Source: Candidatus Poribacteria bacterium (GTDB lineage Bacteria > Poribacteria > WGA-4E > GCA-2687025). Taken from it: a stretch of DNA of 64,000 nt. How positions within the stretch are numbered: position 1 is the first letter of the stretch; each line of letters begins with the position of its first letter. The stretch is from the NCBI GenBank assembly GCA_963665845.2, contig OY762492.1:3008001-3072000 (forward strand), written 5' to 3'. The translations under genes and the position numbers were made by a program. Below are positions 10,158 through 20,700 of this stretch, in pieces. Under the pieces are notes generated by a model, which searched no databases, was not told the DNA's origin, and worked only from the letters and a program-made list of their open reading frames with translations.

Positions 10158-11120
10158 ATGGGGGCGTTAGCCGAGATCGTCGGGCATGAGACGCAGATAG
10201 AGTTGCTTCGGAGCGCCGTTGAATCGCGCAGTCCGGCGGAGGCGTATCTGTTTGCGGGTTTGCCGGGCGTCGGGAAAAAGACGCTGGCGCTCGCCTTTGC
10301 CGCGGCGCTCAACTGCGAGGAGTCGGCGGACGACGCATGCGGCGAGTGCGTCTCATGCAGAAAAGCCGTCTCGCTGAACCATCCGGACGTTCGCCTCTTT
10401 CAACCGGACGGCGCCGTTTTTAAGGTGGATCAGGTGCGCGAAATACGCCGCCTGCTCACCTTTCAACCGATGGAGGCGCGGCGCAAAGCGTATGTGTTGA
10501 CCGACGTGGAAACGATGCGCGCCGAAGCGGCGAACGCTTTTTTGAAGTCGCTGGAGGAGCCGCCCGGCGCGACGACGATTATCCTGACAACCTCCAACAT
10601 CAACGCGCTGCTGCCGACGATACTATCCCGCTGCCAGATTTTGAAGCTGCTGCCGGCCTCCATGGAGACGCTGACGGCGGCCCTCGCGGAGCGCGGCATG
10701 GAGGAAGCGGAGGCGCTGGCTCTCGCGCGGCAGTCCGGCGGACGGGCGGGGCGCGCTTTTCAAGCGATGTCCGCCAAACAAAGCGCCGGCGCGGACGAGC
10801 AGATCGAAGCGCTGCGGCAGGCGGACGAGCTGGACGCCTTCCGTCTGGCGGAGAGCTGGCAGACGCGGCCTGAACAGCTGGAGGATCTGATGGCGTCGCT
10901 GCGGCGGGCGCTTCAGTGGCGCGTCGGGATTAAGCGGGAGGAATGCTCCGTCGCGCTGGCGGCGTTCGCGCGCGGCGAGACGGAGCGGTCGCTTCAACGC
11001 AAAATGCGCGCCGTCATGGAGGCGCAATACAGGCTCAAACGGAACCTGAACGGCGCGCTTGTGATGGAATGCCTCGCCTTTCAGCTGCTGGCGCCGCCCG
11101 GCGGACAGCGGCGCCGTTAG
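10158..11120 (+). CDS. holB: DNA polymerase III delta' subunit
   Basis: AYLFAGLPGVGK, Zn motif CxxxxxxxACGECVSC, HPD, AANAFLKSLEEPP, LLPTILSRC. Confidence 0.92.
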   Translation: MGALAEIVGHETQIELLRSAVESRSPAEAYLFAGLPGVGKKTLALAFAAALNCEESADDACGECVSCRKAVSLNHPDVRLFQPDGAVFKVDQVREIRRLLTFQPMEARRKAYVLTDVETMRAEAANAFLKSLEEPPGATTIILTTSNINALLPTILSRCQILKLLPASMETLTAALAERGMEEAEALALARQSGGRAGRAFQAMSAKQSAGADEQIEALRQADELDAFRLAESWQTRPEQLEDLMASLRRALQWRVGIKREECSVALAAFARGETERSLQRKMRAVMEAQYRLKRNLNGALVMECLAFQLLAPPGGQRRR

Positions 11121-14100
11121 GGGCTTCTGCCGGCGTCCCAGACGCGAATCGCGCTTCCGCCTCCGCTGACAAGCCTCAACCCGTCCGGCGAAAAGGCGAG
11201 CGAGCGAACCCTGTCCGTGTCTCCTTTGAACGTTTGGAGACGCTTGCCTGTCTCGGCGTCCCAGACGCTTATCGTTTTGTCGTAGCCGCCGGCGGCAAGC
11301 TTGGCGCCGTCCCGCGAATACGCCACAGCGTAGATAGAGGACGGACCCCTTCTGAACGCATGCAGCTGCTCTCCTGTCTCGGCGTCCCAGACATAGACCG
11401 CGCCGTCTCGGCCGGCGGTGGCGATCTTGGAGCCGTCCGGCGAATACGCCGCCGAATAAACTTCGAGCCGATGCCCTCTGAGCGTTAGGAGAACGCCGCC
11501 TGTTTCGACATCGAAGATGTACACTTTATGGTCGGAGCAGCCGGCGGCGATCCTGGAGCCGTCTGGAGAATAGGCGGCGGTACGGACGCCTGAAGACGCC
11601 GCGAAGGTTTTTAAAAGCGCTCCGGTCTCGGCGTCCCAGACGCGTACCGTGCCGTCGTAGCTGCCGCTGGCGATCCTGGAACCGTCCTGTGAATACGCCG
11701 CCTCCGTAACCGAGTGTGTATGCCCCTTGAGCGTATGCAGAAGCGCGCCGGTCTCGGCGTCCCAGATGCGTACCGTCTTGCCGGCGCCGCCGGCGAGCCT
11801 GGAACCGTCCGGAGAATAGACGCTGCCCGAATGCCCTTTGAGCGTTCGCAGCTCCTCGCCTGTATTGGCGTCCCAGATGCGAACCGTCGTGCCGACGCGG
11901 CCGGCGATCTTGGAGCCGTCCGGCGAATAGACTGCCGCCGCATGCGACGCCTCCCCGTTTCCTCTTAAAACGGCTCTCAAAGCGGGATCGTTGAGATAAA
12001 TGTTGGACGCGGCATTGTCCCCGACGGAGCTGAGCGGAACGCTCACCTCAACCGCGGTCTGCCCTGACGGTTCGATGATCGCTCTGTAGATGGAGCCGAC
12101 GCCTTGAAAGCCGCGGACGCTGCCGTATTTGACAGAGATGTCCTCATGCGTGAAGCCGTCCGCGACGCCGCTAAAGGCGATCGTTACCTCAAACGGAATC
12201 TGCATCCCTTTTTCAGGTCCGCTCACCGTCACGGTTAACGGCGGCGCCGGCTCCGCCTTCAGCCGCCAAATGCGCATCGCTTGATCGTCTCCCGCGCTCA
12301 CAAGCGCGCGTCCGTCCGGGGAGATGTCCACCGCGCGGACGGCGCCGTTATGCGCCTTGTATGTTTGCGCCGGCTCGCCTGTTTCGGCGTTTAAGAGGCG
12401 AATCATGCCGTCCTCCCCGCCGTCGGCGAGCGCGTTGTCTTCAAAATGATCGGCTAAATACGCCTCCCCAGAAGCGCCGGTCAATGTGCGAATCGCTTCG
12501 CCGGTCGAAGCGTCCCAGACGCGAACCGCCCCGTCCTCTCCCGCAGAGACGAGCGACTTGCCGTCGGAGGAAAAGGCGGCGAATGGTACGGCGCCGGAAT
12601 GCGCTTTGATCGTTTGAAGAATAACCCCTGCCGCGGGGTTCCAGATATGGATGGAGCCGTCCGCCCCTCCGCTGACAATCATCGTTCCGTCCGGCGAATA
12701 TGCGGCGGTATGGACGGCGCCCGTAGACCCCTTCAGCGTTAGGAACCGCTTGCCGGTTTCGGCGTCCCATAGATGTATCGCGCCGTCCGCCCCGCCGCTG
12801 ACAATCTCGGCGCCGTTGGGCGAATACGCGGCGCACAGTACGGAACCTGTATGCCCCGTCCATTCCGCCTTCAAGAGGAGGCAGGCGGCGTAGATGTTGG
12901 AGGGGAGATGGCTGCCTGCGGCGTTTGCGGGAACTTTGACCCGCGTGTAGTCGGCGCCGATGGGCTGAATGAGCGCCTGATACGCGGCGCCAGAACCGCT
13001 TAGGCTGACAACCTTTCCGTTCACCGCCTCAATGTCGGACGGCTCAAAGCCGCTGACCGGTTCGCTAAAGACGATGTCGGTTGTAAAGGCGCCGTCAACG
13101 ACATCGTCGGGTCCGCTCACCTTCACCGTCAAGGGCGGAGGCGGCGGTTCGCCCGCTTTGACCGTCCAAAGCCGAACCGAGTTGTCCGAGCTGCCGCTGG
13201 CAAGCATGAAACCGTCCGGCGAAAAGGCGATCGAAAGTACCTCATCCGTATGCCCTTCATATGTTTGCAGCGGTTTGCCGGTTGCGGCGTCCCAGATTCG
13301 CGCCGTTTTGTCTTCGCTTCCGCTGGCGATCATGGAGCCGTCCGGCGAAAAGGCGGCGGATCGAACCTTGTCGGTATGCCCTGTGAGCGTGCGGATCGTT
13401 TCGCCCGTTTTGAGTTCCCAGATCCGAACGGCGTCAGTCTCTCCGGCGCTGGCGACCAGTTCGCCGTCCGGCGAAAAGGCGACCGTATGAATGGAACCAA
13501 AAGGATCGTTGAACGCGCGGATCGTCTCGCCCGTCTCGGCGTTCCAGATGCGTACCGCGCTTCGGCTTGCGCTGGCGAGCATAGACCCGACCATCGAAAA
13601 GGCGACGATATTGACCTCGTCGGAATGCCCTGTGAGCGTTCGCAGATGCTCCCCTGTGGCGGCGTCCCAGATGCGTATTGTTTTATCGTCGCTTGCGCTG
13701 GCGAGCATGGAGCCGTCCGGCGAATAGGCAACCGAACGCACATAATCGGAATGCCCTGTGAGCGTTCGGATTATTTTGCCGGTTTCAGGACTCCAAATTT
13801 CAACGTTTTTGTGCGGATCAATGGCAAGCATGGAGCCGTCCGGCGAAAAGACGGGGAATCCCCTCTCTCTAATCTGTTGAAGCGTCTCGCCGGTTGCAGG
13901 GTTCCATATCATCGTCCATGGATAACCGCAGCTGGCAATCAGGGAGCCGTCCGGCGAAAAGGCGACCGAAACGACCCCATCGGTATGCTCGGTGAACGCC
14001 GCTTTCGCGGCTGGATAAAAGGAGTACGCGTTGGATTGGATGTTGTTCGCGGCGGCTTTCTTTGGAACGCGAACGCGCGCGGCGTCCAAGCCGGCGGGCT

Positions 14101-15262
14101 GGATCGTCGCCGTATAGAGATCGCCGTCTCCGCTGAAGTTCGTCACGGCGCCGTTTTCCACATGAATATCGGACTTCCGAAAGCCTTTCACACTCATGCT
14201 GAACTGGATCGTTATATCAAAGGTTCCCTCTCCGCTCGCCTTCCCGCCGTTGATCCGCACAGAGGGGCCGGACATAGTAGGCAGGTCTTTCCAGAGAAGA
14301 ATCGTCTTGCCGTCAACGCCTGCGAGCGTCGTACCGTCCGGCGAAAACGCTTCAGATGAAACAAAACCTGTACTCCCTTTGAACGTTCGGAGAAGCGCGC
14401 CCGAGTAGGCGTCCAAGATCTGATTGTCGTCGCTGACAGCAATCATTTTTCCGTCCGGCGAAAACGCGATGGACCAGCTGTTGCCGATATTCCCTTGGAG
14501 CGTTCGGAGAGGCGCGCCCGATTGGGCATCCCAGATGCGAATCGTGTTGTCGGCGCTTCCGCTGGCGAGCAGTGAGCCGTCCGGCGAAAAGGCGACCGAA
14601 TAGATGTTGTCGGTATGCCCTTCGAGCGTCTGGAGAATCTCGCCCGTCTCTGCGTCGCGGATGTGTACCGTATCGCCTCTGCCGCCGTTGGCGAGTTTGG
14701 TTCCGTCCGGCGAAAAGGCGGCGGAATAGACAACAGGCGTGAATCCTTCCCGCTCATTGCCTCGAAGCGTCAGCAGCCTGTCGCCGGTTTCAGGGTTCCA
14801 AACCCCGAACCTATGCCCTCCGCCGACGAGTTTGGTTCCGTCCGGCGAAAAGGCGATGGAAAGGTAACCTTCCGTATCGATTGTTCGCAGATGTTCGCCC
14901 GTTTCAGGGTCCCAGATGCGTATCGTCTCATCGCTTCCTCCGCTGGCGAGCATGGAGCCGTCCGGCGAATAGACGAGGGAACGGATGTTTTTTGTATGCC
15001 CTTCCAGCGTTTGCAGCGTCTCGCCTGTCTTCAGGTTCCAGATGCGTATCGTCTTGTCATCGCTTCCGCTGGCGAGCATGGAACCGTCCGGCGAATAAGC
15101 GGCAGCCCTGACCAAATCGGCATGCCCTTCCAGCGTTTGCGCCGCGTCAGGTTTGTTGAGATAAAAATAGGCGCTCACCCCCAACGCAACTGCCGCAAAG
15201 AGCAATCCGATACGCGCGGGCGTGGATGAGACGGCTTTTTTCATGCGCGTTTTCATCTTCAT
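11117..15262 (-). CDS. Membrane-anchored multi-propeller WD40 protein with three Ig-like spacer domains
   Basis: N-terminal hydrophobic segment; GH..V..AFSPDG..LASG..D.TIRIW repeats in four blocks separated by Ig-like segments (F.V.I.FS..V.GF..SDI.V.NG). Confidence 0.9.
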   Translation of the reverse strand: MKMKTRMKKAVSSTPARIGLLFAAVALGVSAYFYLNKPDAAQTLEGHADLVRAAAYSPDGSMLASGSDDKTIRIWNLKTGETLQTLEGHTKNIRSLVYSPDGSMLASGGSDETIRIWDPETGEHLRTIDTEGYLSIAFSPDGTKLVGGGHRFGVWNPETGDRLLTLRGNEREGFTPVVYSAAFSPDGTKLANGGRGDTVHIRDAETGEILQTLEGHTDNIYSVAFSPDGSLLASGSADNTIRIWDAQSGAPLRTLQGNIGNSWSIAFSPDGKMIAVSDDNQILDAYSGALLRTFKGSTGFVSSEAFSPDGTTLAGVDGKTILLWKDLPTMSGPSVRINGGKASGEGTFDITIQFSMSVKGFRKSDIHVENGAVTNFSGDGDLYTATIQPAGLDAARVRVPKKAAANNIQSNAYSFYPAAKAAFTEHTDGVVSVAFSPDGSLIASCGYPWTMIWNPATGETLQQIRERGFPVFSPDGSMLAIDPHKNVEIWSPETGKIIRTLTGHSDYVRSVAYSPDGSMLASASDDKTIRIWDAATGEHLRTLTGHSDEVNIVAFSMVGSMLASASRSAVRIWNAETGETIRAFNDPFGSIHTVAFSPDGELVASAGETDAVRIWELKTGETIRTLTGHTDKVRSAAFSPDGSMIASGSEDKTARIWDAATGKPLQTYEGHTDEVLSIAFSPDGFMLASGSSDNSVRLWTVKAGEPPPPPLTVKVSGPDDVVDGAFTTDIVFSEPVSGFEPSDIEAVNGKVVSLSGSGAAYQALIQPIGADYTRVKVPANAAGSHLPSNIYAACLLLKAEWTGHTGSVLCAAYSPNGAEIVSGGADGAIHLWDAETGKRFLTLKGSTGAVHTAAYSPDGTMIVSGGADGSIHIWNPAAGVILQTIKAHSGAVPFAAFSSDGKSLVSAGEDGAVRVWDASTGEAIRTLTGASGEAYLADHFEDNALADGGEDGMIRLLNAETGEPAQTYKAHNGAVRAVDISPDGRALVSAGDDQAMRIWRLKAEPAPPLTVTVSGPEKGMQIPFEVTIAFSGVADGFTHEDISVKYGSVRGFQGVGSIYRAIIEPSGQTAVEVSVPLSSVGDNAASNIYLNDPALRAVLRGNGEASHAAAVYSPDGSKIAGRVGTTVRIWDANTGEELRTLKGHSGSVYSPDGSRLAGGAGKTVRIWDAETGALLHTLKGHTHSVTEAAYSQDGSRIASGSYDGTVRVWDAETGALLKTFAASSGVRTAAYSPDGSRIAAGCSDHKVYIFDVETGGVLLTLRGHRLEVYSAAYSPDGSKIATAGRDGAVYVWDAETGEQLHAFRRGPSSIYAVAYSRDGAKLAAGGYDKTISVWDAETGKRLQTFKGDTDRVRSLAFSPDGLRLVSGGGSAIRVWDAGRSP

Positions 15263-17403
15263 TTCTTCTCTCCGTTGGCGCCGGCGGGGGCGGGAATCTC
15301 CCAGATGCGGACCGTCTTGTCGTCGCTGCCGCTGGCGAGCGAGCGGCCGTCCGGCGAAAAGGCAACCGCAAAAACGCTGCCGTAATGCCCCTCAAGCGTT
15401 CGGATCCGCTTGCCGGTTGCGGCGTCCCATATCCGAATCGTATAGTCTCGGCTGCCGCTGGCAAGCATGGAGCCGTCCGGCGAAAAGGCTAACGAATAAG
15501 CCCAATCGGTATGCCCCGTGAGCGTGTGGAGCGGCTTTCCTGTCGCTGCGTCCCATATCCGAATCACGTCGTCCGATCCGCCGACAGCGAACGCGGAGCC
15601 GACCGGCGAAAAGGCTAACGTAAAATAGTCGCCGAATTGCATTTGGAACATTCGCGCTGTTTCTCCTGTTGCGAGGCTCCAAATCCGAATCGTATTGTCG
15701 TAGCTGCCGCTGGCAAGCATGGAGCCGTCCGATGAAAAGGCGGCCGACGCGAGATCGTCCTTATGCCCTTTGAGCGTTTGCAGATGCTCTCCCGTGTCGG
15801 CGTCCCAGATGCGTACGGTTCGGTCCCCGCTGGCGCTGGCAAGCATGGAGCCGTCCCGCGAATACGACACCGAGTTGACCGAGCCTGTATGCCCTTTGAG
15901 CGTTTGGAGCGTTTTGCCTGTTTCGACGCTCCATATTCGAATCTCGCTGTTTCCATAGCCGCTGACAAGTTTCGTACCGTCCGGCGAATAGGCTAGAAAG
16001 TTGACCCATCCAGCGCCTTGGATGGTTCGAAGCGGCTCTCTTGCCGCAGGATTCCAGAGATGAATCTCTTGGTCATCGCCGATGGCAAGCGTCTTCCCGT
16101 CCGGCGAATAGGCGACAGCGCTGACCGAATACGCATGCTCCTTCAGCGCCGTTTTCAATGCGGAGTTGAAACGAAAGATGTTGGAGGCGGCGTTGCGGTC
16201 GACTGCGTTCGCCGCAACCATAACGCGCGTTGTGTCAAGGCTCATCGGCTGGATGGTCGCTTTGTAGGAATCGCCAGAGCCGCTGAAGCGGATAATGGCG
16301 CCGTTTTTTACCTGAATATCGGACTGCTCAAAGCCTTTCACGCTTTCGCTGAAGGAGACGGCTACATTAAATGCGCCTTTGCCGTATTCGCGCTCGCCTG
16401 TGATCCATACAGAGGGGCCGGTCAGGACAGGCGCTTCCCATATCTGAATCGTGCCGTCATAGTTGGCGCTGGCAACCGCTTTCCCGTCCGGCGAAAAGGC
16501 GGCGGAATAAACAAAAGGAGGATACCCTTCCAGCGTTTGGAGAACGGCGCCCGAGTAGGAATCCAGGATATAAAAGACGCCGTCCCAGCCGTGGACAACC
16601 ATCGTGGAACCGTCCGGCGAATAGTAGGCAAAATAAACATAATCCCCGTCTCCCTCAAAGATGCGGATCGTCTCGCCCTTTTCGACATCCCAAATGCGAA
16701 CGGTGTTGTCGATGCTTCCGCTGGCAAGCCGCGTTCCGTCCGGCGAAAAGCAAACGGAGTAGCAGTCTTCGGTATGCCCTTCCAGCGTTTGGAGCGTCTC
16801 GCCTGTTTCAACATCCCAAATGTGAATCGCGCCGCCGAACCCGCTGCCGTTGACCAGCCTTGTTCCGTCCGGCGAAAAAGCGAGGGCGCTGGCGGCGTCC
16901 CTGTGTTCACTCCTCTCAAATGTTCGGAGCGTCTCGCCTGTTTTAGGGTTCCAGACGATGACGACGCTGTCGCCGCAGCCGCTGGCGAGCATGGAGCCGT
17001 CCGGCGAAAAAACGATCGAATAGATATGAGCGGTATGCCCATGGAACGTTCGGAGCGTCTCGCCCGTGTTAGGGTCCCAAATGCGAACGGCGTTGTCGCC
17101 GCCGCCGCTGGCAAGCATAGACCCGTCCGGCGAATAGGCGGCGACATAGACGTCGCCCGTGTGTCCTTTGAGCGTTCGTATTGTCTCGCCTGTTTTGGCG
17201 TCCCAGATGCGAACCGTATCGTCTCGGCCGCCGCTGGCAAGTTTTGCGCCGTCCGGCGAATAGACCACTCTCAGAACGGATCCCGTATGCCCTTTGAGCG
17301 ATTTTCTCACGGGCTGGCTGCGGAGCGATCGGTTACTTCCTAGCGCCAACGCGGCGAGGATTAAGCAGGTCAAAACGAGGGCGGACGGGGGGCGTCTTCT
17401 CAT
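15259..17403 (-). CDS. Exported WD40 protein (WD7-Ig-WD7)
   Basis: Signal-like N-terminus, RBS AGGAG, two 7-repeat WD40 blocks around an Ig-like domain; ATGA overlap with the next gene. Confidence 0.9.
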   Translation of the reverse strand: MRRRPPSALVLTCLILAALALGSNRSLRSQPVRKSLKGHTGSVLRVVYSPDGAKLASGGRDDTVRIWDAKTGETIRTLKGHTGDVYVAAYSPDGSMLASGGGDNAVRIWDPNTGETLRTFHGHTAHIYSIVFSPDGSMLASGCGDSVVIVWNPKTGETLRTFERSEHRDAASALAFSPDGTRLVNGSGFGGAIHIWDVETGETLQTLEGHTEDCYSVCFSPDGTRLASGSIDNTVRIWDVEKGETIRIFEGDGDYVYFAYYSPDGSTMVVHGWDGVFYILDSYSGAVLQTLEGYPPFVYSAAFSPDGKAVASANYDGTIQIWEAPVLTGPSVWITGEREYGKGAFNVAVSFSESVKGFEQSDIQVKNGAIIRFSGSGDSYKATIQPMSLDTTRVMVAANAVDRNAASNIFRFNSALKTALKEHAYSVSAVAYSPDGKTLAIGDDQEIHLWNPAAREPLRTIQGAGWVNFLAYSPDGTKLVSGYGNSEIRIWSVETGKTLQTLKGHTGSVNSVSYSRDGSMLASASGDRTVRIWDADTGEHLQTLKGHKDDLASAAFSSDGSMLASGSYDNTIRIWSLATGETARMFQMQFGDYFTLAFSPVGSAFAVGGSDDVIRIWDAATGKPLHTLTGHTDWAYSLAFSPDGSMLASGSRDYTIRIWDAATGKRIRTLEGHYGSVFAVAFSPDGRSLASGSDDKTVRIWEIPAPAGANGEKK

Positions 17404-17547
17404 CAGGTACTCCTAGGCGGCTGACTCATTTTACCGCCTGCTGAATAAGATGTGAACCCGCATGAGAAAGGGACAGGGTTCTTCCTTGCCGCGCCCGCCG
17501 ACTGCGGAAATTTGCGCAACGCCAAACGCGCCCCGCGCCGCCTTCCT

Positions 17548-17722
17548 GTCATTCCCGCGTAAGCGGGAATCTTAGGCACAGAAGACGACATCTGCAGATG
17601 TCGAAACCCCCCTAGCCCCCCTTTTCAAGGGGGGAATCCGCCGCGCAAACCCCCCTAGCCCCCCTTTTCAAGGGGGGAATCCGCCGCGCAAACCCCCCTA
17701 GCCCCCTTTTCAAGGGGGAATT
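17548..17722. repeat. Intergenic mosaic: ATTCCCGC/GCGGGAAT palindrome plus about three tandem 43-bp CCCCCCTAGCCCCCCTTTTCAAGGGGGGAATCCGCCGCGCAAA units
   Basis: Direct reading of the sequence. Confidence 0.85.
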
Positions 17723-17731
17723 CTCTGCTCC

Positions 17732-20700
17732 CTATTTCAAAACGACCATGCGCCGCAGCGCCGTGAACGAACCCGCCTCTATGCGGACATAATAAACGCC
17801 GCTGGCTACAGGTTCGCCCAGGCTGTTCCGTCCGTCCCAATGGGCGGACCTTGACCGGCTGCGGTAGGCTCCCGCCGGCAATTGTCCCAGCTCCAAAACG
17901 CGGACGGTTTGACCCGCCGAGTTGTAGATCGTCAACTTCACGCGGGACGCTTCCGACAGATCAAACGGGATCCAGGTTTCGGGGTTGAACGGGTTGGGGT
18001 AGTTCGGCAACAGCGCGTTTGTGGACACAACATGCCGCGGCGACCGAAGCATGCCCTCCAAAACAGCGATGCCGCGTTTCGCCGAGTCGCTGCGGACAAT
18101 CAGCCTTTGAGCGTCGTTCAGCCATGCCGAAACCTGCGGAACGGAAAGAGCCTCCCGCGCCGCCGCCAACGCTGGAGCCGCCGCAACCGCCCCGGCCTGC
18201 CCAGCCAGGGCGTCCACAACCAGCAGAACGTCGGCGATGTCGACGACGCCGTCGCCGTTCACATCCGCGCCGCTGCCGCCGCCGCTTCCGTAGTTCGCCG
18301 CGATATGCGCTAAGTCGGCGATGTCCACAACGCCGTCGCCGTTGGCGTCCAGCTGGGGCGACGGCATTGACCAGAAGCGCAACGTCCTGTCCCGGCTTCC
18401 GCTGATGAGCGCTTGACCGTCCGGCGAATAGGCAACCGCGTAAACGGTACCCGTATGCCCCTCTAACGTTTCTTTATGCCGGCCGTTTCCGGACGCCCAG
18501 AGATGAACGGTTCCGTCCTGATTTCCGGAGGCAAGCGTTGAACCGTCCGGCGAAAAGGCGACCGAAAACAGGAGACCCGCCGTCCCGCCTACCGTACGAG
18601 TATGGAGAAGCGATTGCGATGAGACATCCCAAAAACGAATCGTCTCGTCGGCGCTGCCGCTCGCCAGAACCGTTCCATCCGGCGAAAAGGCGACCGAGTA
18701 GATCGTCCGCCCATGCTTTTTCATGGTCGCAAGAGGCTTGCCGGTCTTGGCGTTCCAGAGGCGGACGGTTCGGTCGGCGCCGCCGCTGGCGATGAGCGTT
18801 CCGTCGGGAGAGAAGGCGGCTGTCCGAACGACGCCCGCATGCTGAGTCATCGTTTTGATCAAGGCTCCCGTATTCGCGTTCCAGAGGCGGACGGTTCGGT
18901 CGCCGCTTGCGCTGACGATAGCGGATCCGTCCGGCGAATAGTCGACGGCGTAAACGTCGCCCTCGTGTCCTTCCAGCGTTCGGACATGCGCGCCCGTTTC
19001 AGCGTTCCAGAGGCGTATCGTGTCGTCGGCGCTGCCGGCGGCGAGCATGGTTCCGTCCGGCGAGAAGGCGGCGGAGCGGACATCGCCCGTATGCTCCGTC
19101 AGTTCAAGGAGCGGCGTTTCTTCATTCACATCCCAGATGAGAACCGTATCGTCCGCGGAGGCGGTGGCGATGCGGTTTCCGTCAGATGAATACGCCGCCG
19201 CTAAAACGGCGCCCCTATGGCCAGTCAATACCCGCGGAGGCGCATAGTGGACGGTATAGACGGCGGAAGCTAAGTTATTCCCCGCGGCGCCGGCGGGAAT
19301 GCTCACCGTGACGGCTCCCGCGCTGGACGGCTCAATGGCCGCTGTGTAGGAGTTGCCGCTGCCGGACAGGTTCGTTACGGCGCCGTTTGCCGCGTCAATA
19401 TCCGACGCTTCAAACCCATCAACCGCCGCGCTGAATGTGATGGACACATAAAACGCGCTATTAACGCTGCCGCGCGGTCCGGAAATCTCCGCCGTAACAG
19501 GGGCGTCTTTCAAACTCCAAATTCGAATCGTTTCATCGTCGCTTCCGCTGGCAAGAAAGGAGCCGTCTGGAGAATACGCCGCTGAATTGACCGAACCTGT
19601 ATGCCTGTCGAACACTTGCATCATCGCGCCCGTTTCGGCATTCCAGATTCGAACCGTATTGTCCCTGCTGCCGCTGGCAAGCCGCGTACCGTCCGGAGAA
19701 TACGCCGCGGATTCAACCAAAGACGTATGCCCCTCAAGCGTCCGTATCAAAGCGCCTGTCTCGGCGCTCCAGATTGCTATGTTATTCCAGCTGCCGCCGG
19801 CAAGCTGGAGGCCGTCTGGAGAATACGTTACAGAACTGACCCGTAAATTTTCTCCGCTGCGTATGAGCGCGCCCGTCTCGGCATTCCAGATCCGTAATGT
19901 GTTGTCATCGCCGCAGCTGGCAAGCTGGAGGCCGTCTGGAGAATACGCTATGGAATTAACCGAATCCGTATGTCCTATGAGCGTTCGGACATGCGCGCCC
20001 GTCTCGGCGCTCCAAATGCGAATCGTATGATCGCCGCTGCCGCTCGCAAGCCAGAGACCGCCCGGCGAATACGCTATGGCATGGACCGAGTCTGTATGCC
20101 CTGTGAGCGTTCGGACATGCGCGCCTGTATCGGCGCTCCAAATGCGAATCGTATGATCGCCGCTGCCGCTCGCAAGCCAGAGACCGCCCGGAGAATACGC
20201 TACGGAATGGACCCAATCCGTATGCTCTGTAAGCGTTCGGATATGCGCGCCTGTTTCAGCGTTCCAGATGCGAATCGTGTCGTCTAGACTGCCGCTGGCA
20301 AGCTGGCGGCTGTCCGGAGAATACGCCACAGATTCGACATAAAACCGATGCCCCGCGAGCGTTCGTAAGCGTTCGCTCGTCTCGGCGCTCCAGATCCGTA
20401 TGGCGCTGTCGTCGCTGGCGCTGGCAAGCCGGGCGCCGTCCGGCGAATACGCTATGGAGTTGACCGACTTCGTATGCCCGGCGATTGTTCGGAGATGCGC
20501 GCCGGTTTCGGCGCTCCAGATCCGTATGGCGTTGTCGTCGCTGGCGCTGACAAGCTGCATACCGTCCGGCGAATACGCTACAGAATTGACATAGCCAGTA
20601 TGCCCTGTGAGCGTTCGGAGACGCGCGCCCGTTTCGGCGTCCCAGATGCGAATCGCGTTGTCCAAACTGCCGCTGGCAAGCCGGGCGCTGTCCGGCGAAT

